Shown here piece after piece: positions 58,038 through 64,000 of a stretch of DNA of 64,000 bases. Under the pieces are notes generated by a model. It searched no databases. It was not told the origin of the DNA and worked only from the letters and a program-made list of their open reading frames with translations. Source of the stretch: Planctomycetota bacterium. GTDB taxonomy: Bacteria > Planctomycetota > UBA1135 > UBA2386. A program made the translations under genes and the position numbers. The DNA lies in contig OZ245006.1 in the NCBI GenBank assembly GCA_965223545.1, positions 3,584,001 through 3,648,000 on the forward strand, in the 5' to 3' direction. Numbering within the stretch: position 1 is the first letter of the stretch; the number at the start of each line of letters is the position of its first letter.

Positions 58038-58510
58038 CCGAGTACAGCGGCACGGCACAAGGCCTGGGGCGCATCGTCAGCGGCCTGTTCGTGCTCACCG
58101 CCGGCCGCGGTGAGCACGCCACCGGAATGCTCGCCTCGTTCGTCCAGCAGGCGGGCTTCGAGCCGCCGGCGGTCACCGTCGCGCTGAAGAAGGGAAGGCC
58201 GATCACCGCGCTCGTGCAGGACACCGGCGCGTTCTGCATCTCGGTCCTGCACGACGGGTCCATGGGCCTGCTGGCCCACTTTGCCCGCGGCTTCGAGCCG
58301 GGCGTACCGGCGTTCGACGGGATCGAGGTGGTCACCGCGGTGAACGGTGTGCCCTATCTGCGCGACGCGCACGCGTTCGTCGCCTGCGAAGTGCTCGGCA
58401 CGGGCGACTGGAGCGACCACTTGGTCGTCTGCGGGCGGGTGCTCGACGGCGGCCGCAGCGACGAAGATCAGCCGCTGACCCACGTGCGCAAGAACGGGCT
58501 CAGCTACTGA
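58034..58510 (+). CDS. Flavin reductase family protein
   Basis: SGLFVLT, SFVQQAGFEPP, DHLVV and HVRKNGLSY. ATGA overlap with pyrE. Confidence 0.9.
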   Translation: MTEYSGTAQGLGRIVSGLFVLTAGRGEHATGMLASFVQQAGFEPPAVTVALKKGRPITALVQDTGAFCISVLHDGSMGLLAHFARGFEPGVPAFDGIEVVTAVNGVPYLRDAHAFVACEVLGTGDWSDHLVVCGRVLDGGRSDEDQPLTHVRKNGLSY

Positions 58511-58521
58511 GCGGCGACCCC

Positions 58522-59103
58522 GTGCCACCAACCGCGACCGCTCTAGTGCTCGCCGCCGGCCGCGGCCGCCGTATGGGTGCCGACAAGGCGCTGCTCGATC
58601 TCGGTGGACGGTGTGCGCTGCAGCGGATCCTGGACTGCTGCGCAGCGGTCGGCGAAACCGTCGTCGTACGTCGGGCCGACGCCGCGCCGGTCGCCGCGGT
58701 CTGCGCTGAACGAGCGCACGTCGTCACGATCGAAGGCGACGGCGACATGCTGCACAGCATCAAGGAGGGTTGGGCCGCCCGACGGGGCGACGGGCCGGTT
58801 CTGATCTTCCCGGTCGATCACGCGATGGTCGGCGCAGCGGTGCCGGCCGCTCTGCTCGCGCACCTCGATGCGACGCGCCACATCGCGCTGCCGCTGTTCG
58901 AGGCACGGCCCGGCCACCCGATCGCGCTGGCGGCCCAACTCATCTCAGAGGTGAGCGCGCCGCGAACGACCACGCTCCGCGACGTGATCGGCGCGGACCC
59001 TTCCCGCGTCGCCGCCGTCACCGTTGCCGATCCCTGGGTGCTCCGCGACCTCGATACGCCCGAGGATCTCGACCGGGCACGCGCTTGGCTCAAGGCCCGT
59101 TAG
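58522..59103 (+). CDS. MobA/MocA-like nucleotidyltransferase
   Basis: LAAGRGRRMGADKAL, PVDH, GHP and DLDTPED. Confidence 0.9.
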   Translation: MPPTATALVLAAGRGRRMGADKALLDLGGRCALQRILDCCAAVGETVVVRRADAAPVAAVCAERAHVVTIEGDGDMLHSIKEGWAARRGDGPVLIFPVDHAMVGAAVPAALLAHLDATRHIALPLFEARPGHPIALAAQLISEVSAPRTTTLRDVIGADPSRVAAVTVADPWVLRDLDTPEDLDRARAWLKAR

Positions 59104-59131
59104 CCGCCGACTCTGGCGTACTATCGCGAAC

Positions 59132-59896
59132 ATGCGCACCTTCTTCGCCGCGGTCGGCCTCGCCCTGATCTCGCCGAGCTGCCTGGGAGTCGCCGACGTC
59201 GGCGCCAGCGCTGAGTTCGGCTGGATGCAGGTGGGCGTGCGCGGGGACGCCGGCCTGGCAGCGACCGGAACCACGGGCACCCCGTCCACCGTCGACGTCG
59301 AAGACGAGCTCGGGCTCGGCGACGTCGGCGCGCCCTACGCCCGCGTCGAGCTCGACTTGAGCCTCGCGCACGTCACGCTATCGGCGTTTCGCTACTCCGA
59401 GAACTCGCGCGGAGCGCTGTCGTCGGGGTTCGGCATGATCCCCGCCACCGCACCGGTGCGCGCCGACACCGAGCTCAACAACGTCAAGGCCGCGGTCGGC
59501 TTCGACGTGCTCGAGCTGCCGGTGTTCCGCCTGTCGCCGGGGATCGCCATCGACTACTTCGACGTCGACATGCGGGTCGAGTCGCCGCCGTTCGGCGCCG
59601 AGGAGACGCTGCGCATCGACGCGCCGATCCCCGAGCTCTTCTTGCAGGCCGAGGTCGACCTCGGCGTGGTTTCGGCGACGGTCGATGTCAGCGGCATGTC
59701 GGCCGACATCGGTGATGTCTCGGGCGAGTTCGCCGACGTCGAAGCGCTGCTCCGCGTGCACCCGGCCGCCCATTTGCAGCTGTTCGGCGGCTACCGCTGG
59801 TTGTCCATCGAAGCCGACGGCACCAGCGACGGGCAGCGCTTCGACGCGGACCTCCGCATCAGCGGTTGGTTCGTCGGCGGCGGCGTGACGTTCTGA
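59132..59896 (+). CDS. Probable outer-membrane beta-barrel protein
   Basis: Signal peptide with Cys, amphipathic strands, GGYR and a terminal Phe (GWFVGGGVTF). Confidence 0.75.
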   Translation: MRTFFAAVGLALISPSCLGVADVGASAEFGWMQVGVRGDAGLAATGTTGTPSTVDVEDELGLGDVGAPYARVELDLSLAHVTLSAFRYSENSRGALSSGFGMIPATAPVRADTELNNVKAAVGFDVLELPVFRLSPGIAIDYFDVDMRVESPPFGAEETLRIDAPIPELFLQAEVDLGVVSATVDVSGMSADIGDVSGEFADVEALLRVHPAAHLQLFGGYRWLSIEADGTSDGQRFDADLRISGWFVGGGVTF

Positions 59897-59917
59897 CTCG
59901 GGGACGACGCCGCCCGA

Positions 59918-62900
59918 CTACCGCTTCGACCCGCGGTCGAGCAGCGCTCGTGCCTGGACGTGCACCGCTCCGAACCGCTCGTCCCATTCGGTGTCGAGCA
60001 CGTGTTGCAGCGTCTTCTTCGCCGCAGCCTCGTCGCCGGTCGCGCGCTGCATTCGCGCCACACCGAGCCAGCCCTCGGGCTCGTCGGTGCGGATGCGCAC
60101 GACACAGCGCCACTGTCGCAGCGCGTCGAGGTGGCGCGCCTGCTGCTCGCGCTGCAGGGCGAGCAGCCGGTGGCCGGCAGCTTCCTCGGGCAGCACCTCG
60201 ACCAAGCTGGTGAAGGCCCGCTCGCTCGCCTCGCCCTGACCGAGCGCGGCGTAGCGCGTCCCCAGCTGGACGAAGCGCGGCAGCGCGGTGGGGTCGTGCG
60301 CGGCGGCGATGCGCATCGCCTCGCAGGCCGCGGCGGGGTCTCCCATCGCCTCGAGCACGCCGATCAGCGCGTCGTGCACCTCGACGTCCTCGGGTTGCAG
60401 GGCCCGTGCCAGCTCGAGCTGGCGCGCGGCCGTCGCCAGCTCACCCCGTTCTCGATAGACCTCCCCCAGCGCCTTGCGGATCACCGGTGCATCGACGCCG
60501 CGCGCCGCGACCTCGGCATCCCAACCGCGGACGTAGCCGGCCAGGTCGGAGAGCTTGGCGAGCACCGCGTGCAGCTTCTGCAGAGCGTCGCCGCGCCGGC
60601 GCGGCTCGCCACTCCACGCGACCACGGCCGCCGCCGCGGCATCGACCGCCGCCGCGTCCTGGCCAAGCGCCGCTCGTGCCAACGCCAGGCTGCCGTAGTA
60701 GTTCGACAGGGTGTTCGCGTTCGGGCGCTGGCCGCGCTCGTGCGCGGCGATGGCCGCGTCGAACAGCTCCGCCGCGCGACGCCAGAACTCGCAGCGCAGC
60801 GCGACCTGCGCCACGGCCGCCATCGCCCCCTCGTCCCAACGTCCGACCCGTTCGAGCCGCTCGACGGTCGCGTCGAGGACCCCGCGCGCGGCTTCGTCCG
60901 CTCCGGTCTCGTGCAGACCGCGCACCAGCCGCACGCGGTCGTCGACCCGGTCCGGAAACTCGTCGACCAAACGCCGCGCCAAGGCGACGGACGCCTCCCA
61001 CTGCCGGCGGTCCTGCAGCCAGTGCATCAGCTGCCGCAGGGCGTCGCCCGACAGCGGCGCCCGCGCGTCGGCGCGCCGCAGGAGATCGATGGCGTCCGCG
61101 TACCGCTGCAGGCCGTGCCACAAGTAGTCGGCGACGTGCCGCTGGCGCGCGACCGAATCCTCGGCCGCGGCCGCGATCTCGAGCGCGCGCCGCGCGAACA
61201 GATCGGCCTTCTCCTTCCAGACGTAGGAGCCACGGCCGTACATCGAGCGCTGCCGCGAATCCAACCCGGTGAGGTCGCCGACCAGCGCATCCATCACCAC
61301 GCGCAGCAGCCGCGGCTCGAGGTCACCGAGCTCGGGCTGCTCCTGCCGCCAGCGCGCCATCGTGCCGGCGAAGGTCTGCCAGCCGCCGCGGCGCACCCGC
61401 GCGAGCCAGCGTGGCTCGGTCTCGATGCGATGCAACAGCAGACGCAGGCCGGCATGCGGCCCGGCGATGCCGGCGAGCGTGCCGGCGGTGTCGACGAACA
61501 ACGCCTGGCTGTCTTGCGCGGCCCGGGTGGCCAGCTCCGGCAGCGCTGTCGCGGCAAACCGCTGCAGATCGGCGGCGACACCACCGACCGAGGCTTCGCG
61601 ATGCGCGGAGCCGTGCAGCAAGAGAAACTGGGTCAAGCCCTCGCGCAGCGAGGTCACCGGCATGGAGAAGAGTGCGTCCTGCATCGCCGCGCGCGCGCCC
61701 CGGTACAAGTCCGCGCCACGGCCGAGCGCCACCGCGCCGCCCTGGCCGAGACACCCGACCCAGAGCTCGAAGCGGCGCAGCTGCAGCCACGTGCGCTGGG
61801 CTTCGGTGACGTCACGGTCGAGCTCGGCGACCAAGAGGTCCTCGGCGACCCGGAACCGGCCGCGCGACTGGTACCAAGTCGACAGCGTTGCGAGCGCCTC
61901 GTTGACGGCGGCAATGTCGTCGGGACGGGGCGCTGTTCGATACGCCGCCAACGCGGCACGCACGCCGTCGATCGCGGCGTCCTGCGCGCCGTAGGCCCAC
62001 TCGGTGCGACCCAGCGACAGGGCGACCGCCAGCCGCTCGCCGAGATCGCGCTGCGCGACGCGCTCGAGCTCGCGCAGCTGGCGCCGCTGTTCGTCGGCGA
62101 AGCGGCGGTCGGCGATCACGCCCATCCCGGCGAGCAGCGTCGCCATCATCGGCGGCTCGCCAGGCGCCCAGTCACCGCGCGCACTGTCGCGCAACCAGCG
62201 CAGACCACGGTCGGCGTGCGGGCCCGGCGCATCCAGCACCTCGGACGCCCGCCGCTCGACCAAGAAGCCGAGCATGGTCAGCGCGCGCCGGTCGGCGGCG
62301 TTCGGGTCGGCGGCCAGCAGGGATTCGATCCGCTCCACGACCGCGTCACAGGTCGCCTCTTCGTGCACTTGTGCGATCAACCGGCCGACGCGCTCGAGCA
62401 TCGCGTAGGCGGTCTGCGGCGAGTGGCCGAGCAAACCGTCCGCCGTCGCCTGCAGCAAGCGGTGGTCCTTCACCGCCGCGTACAGGTTCTCGACCAACCA
62501 GAGCTGCGCCGCCGGATCTCCGGCCTTGCGCAGCAAGGCGGGCAGAGCGCGGAACACCTGCGCGTCGAGATCACCGGGCACGCCCGCGCCTCGCCGCGCC
62601 ACCGACTGCCGCGCCCGCTGCAGGAGACCGATCAGCTCGTGCTCGGGCATGGTCGCGAAGCGCTGGCGCACGGCGCGCTTCCGCGCTTCCAGATCACCGA
62701 GCGCGAGCTGCCAGCCCGCCATCGCCTCGAACTCCGCAGCCTCGAGCGCGCCGGCCTCGGCGACGCGCTCGAGCTCACGCACCGCGTCGCGCAGCGCACC
62801 GCGCTCGGCCAGCAGGTATGCCAACGCCACCCGCCACGGGCTGTGTACGTCGGCCGGTGTCAGCCAAGTGCGCACGACGGCCTCCAGCGGCTCCGGCCGA

Positions 62901-64000
62901 TCCAACGCCAGCAGCAAACGCCACAGCTGGTAGCGCCAATCCAGATCCCCGCTCTCGGCCGCGACCCCGGCGCGGTACAGCGCGATGACGCCATCGACCA
63001 GCGGCTCGGGCGCCGCCGTCTGGCAGGCGGCGTGGCTCAGGACCAGCGAGCAACGCTCGCGCAGCGCGCGGCGCCACGCCGCGGTCGGGCGTTCCGGCGC
63101 CTCCTCCACGGCGCCCTCCGCCGCGGCGTCTTCCCCCGACAGCTCGGCGAGCAGGGCGCGGGCACGCCGGTCGACGTCGGCCAGGTCGGCGCCGGTCTCG
63201 ACGGCGAAGCACAGCGCTTCGACAGCCAAGAATGCCCGGTGCGCGGGGTCCGCCTCTTCCGCGGCGCGCGCCAAGCGTTCCGCCAGCCCCGCGCGCGCAG
63301 CTGCGAGCGCGTTGCGCTCTGCCTCGCGCCGCGCCGCGCGGCTCAGCGCTTCGAGTGCCGCGGGCTCGCCGAGCGCGTGCCGGCGGCGCTGCTCGAGCAA
63401 GCCCGTGGCGAGCTGGCGGACGGCGCCCGCGATTGCGCCATCGCGCGCCGCGGCCTCTGCTTTGGGCGACACGTGCGCCGCCAACGTCGCCAGCGCCTCG
63501 TCCTCGAGCGCGCGACTCCAGGGCTCCCGCAACAGACGCGGGAGGAGCGCTGCCGCCGCTGCCGCGCGCGTCTCGGCCGCGGCCGAGAGAAGCCACTGCC
63601 GCGCCACCGCCAAAGCCTCGGCACGCTGCTCGCCGGCGTCGTGAATGCGCAGCAGCTCGCGCGCGAGCACTGCACCGGCCTCGGGCTCGGCCCGCCAACG
63701 CGCGTGCAGCAGCGCCACCAAGCTCGCGCGCAGCTCCACGTCGACCGCATCCGCTTGCCATTCCAACACCGCCAAGAGCAGCTGCAGTCGCGGCAAGGGC
63801 ATGGTGGCGATCGCCCGGTCCTCGAGCAGCCGGCCCCGGACTTCATCGCGCAGTGCGGCCCCGGCATCGGTGCGCGCAAAGCGGTAGTCGCGCAGCACGC
63901 GCGCGGCGACGTCCGCGTAGGGCGCACCGGCGTCGAGCCACGGCAGCACGGCGGCGCGCAGCGCGTCCGCAAACCGGAGATCGACCGCGTACGAGCCGAA
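59918..64000 (-). CDS. Very large TPR/helical-repeat protein (5' end outside window)
   Basis: Frame is open to the window edge. Helical Ala/Leu/Arg-rich sequence with C-terminal TPR-like repeats. Confidence 0.8.
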   Translation of the reverse strand, partial: FGSYAVDLRFADALRAAVLPWLDAGAPYADVAARVLRDYRFARTDAGAALRDEVRGRLLEDRAIATMPLPRLQLLLAVLEWQADAVDVELRASLVALLHARWRAEPEAGAVLARELLRIHDAGEQRAEALAVARQWLLSAAAETRAAAAAALLPRLLREPWSRALEDEALATLAAHVSPKAEAAARDGAIAGAVRQLATGLLEQRRRHALGEPAALEALSRAARREAERNALAAARAGLAERLARAAEEADPAHRAFLAVEALCFAVETGADLADVDRRARALLAELSGEDAAAEGAVEEAPERPTAAWRRALRERCSLVLSHAACQTAAPEPLVDGVIALYRAGVAAESGDLDWRYQLWRLLLALDRPEPLEAVVRTWLTPADVHSPWRVALAYLLAERGALRDAVRELERVAEAGALEAAEFEAMAGWQLALGDLEARKRAVRQRFATMPEHELIGLLQRARQSVARRGAGVPGDLDAQVFRALPALLRKAGDPAAQLWLVENLYAAVKDHRLLQATADGLLGHSPQTAYAMLERVGRLIAQVHEEATCDAVVERIESLLAADPNAADRRALTMLGFLVERRASEVLDAPGPHADRGLRWLRDSARGDWAPGEPPMMATLLAGMGVIADRRFADEQRRQLRELERVAQRDLGERLAVALSLGRTEWAYGAQDAAIDGVRAALAAYRTAPRPDDIAAVNEALATLSTWYQSRGRFRVAEDLLVAELDRDVTEAQRTWLQLRRFELWVGCLGQGGAVALGRGADLYRGARAAMQDALFSMPVTSLREGLTQFLLLHGSAHREASVGGVAADLQRFAATALPELATRAAQDSQALFVDTAGTLAGIAGPHAGLRLLLHRIETEPRWLARVRRGGWQTFAGTMARWRQEQPELGDLEPRLLRVVMDALVGDLTGLDSRQRSMYGRGSYVWKEKADLFARRALEIAAAAEDSVARQRHVADYLWHGLQRYADAIDLLRRADARAPLSGDALRQLMHWLQDRRQWEASVALARRLVDEFPDRVDDRVRLVRGLHETGADEAARGVLDATVERLERVGRWDEGAMAAVAQVALRCEFWRRAAELFDAAIAAHERGQRPNANTLSNYYGSLALARAALGQDAAAVDAAAAAVVAWSGEPRRRGDALQKLHAVLAKLSDLAGYVRGWDAEVAARGVDAPVIRKALGEVYRERGELATAARQLELARALQPEDVEVHDALIGVLEAMGDPAAACEAMRIAAAHDPTALPRFVQLGTRYAALGQGEASERAFTSLVEVLPEEAAGHRLLALQREQQARHLDALRQWRCVVRIRTDEPEGWLGVARMQRATGDEAAAKKTLQHVLDTEWDERFGAVHVQARALLDRGSKR

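Overview
GC-rich bacterial DNA, most likely from a Planctomycetota genome. This is inferred from a PVC-type heme-binding dehydrogenase, ECF sigma/Ser-Thr kinase pairs and an ECF fused to carboxypeptidase-regulatory domains. The window holds about 50 CDSs: the end of a flagellar cluster (fliO-like, flhF, flhG), many secreted proteins, three tandem FG-GAP paralogs, rtcR with divergent rtcBA and a sigma-54 promoter, a pyrE cluster, two IS remnants and a lower-GC island at about 50.2-56.1 kb. No tRNA, rRNA or CRISPR array was seen. Four observations stand out. (1) At 14.8-18.3 kb a translationally coupled ECF sigma / putative anti-sigma / ATP-independent Lon-type protease-GNAT module resembles CalpS-CalpT-CalpL but has no CRISPR or SAVED; a metallophosphoesterase and a sigma-region-2-only protein lie upstream. 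(2) At 37081-38964 a probable selenoprotein is split into two ORFs by an in-frame UGA (U-M-C motif) followed by a SECIS-like hairpin. (3) A roughly 120-aa Cys-pair C-terminal domain recurs in 8 secreted proteins plus one remnant and is a candidate sorting or anchoring domain. (4) The island encodes a Cys-rich peptide and a dead-peptidase/phosphoesterase/tetraheme fusion. All calls come from reading motifs by eye; no searches were run.
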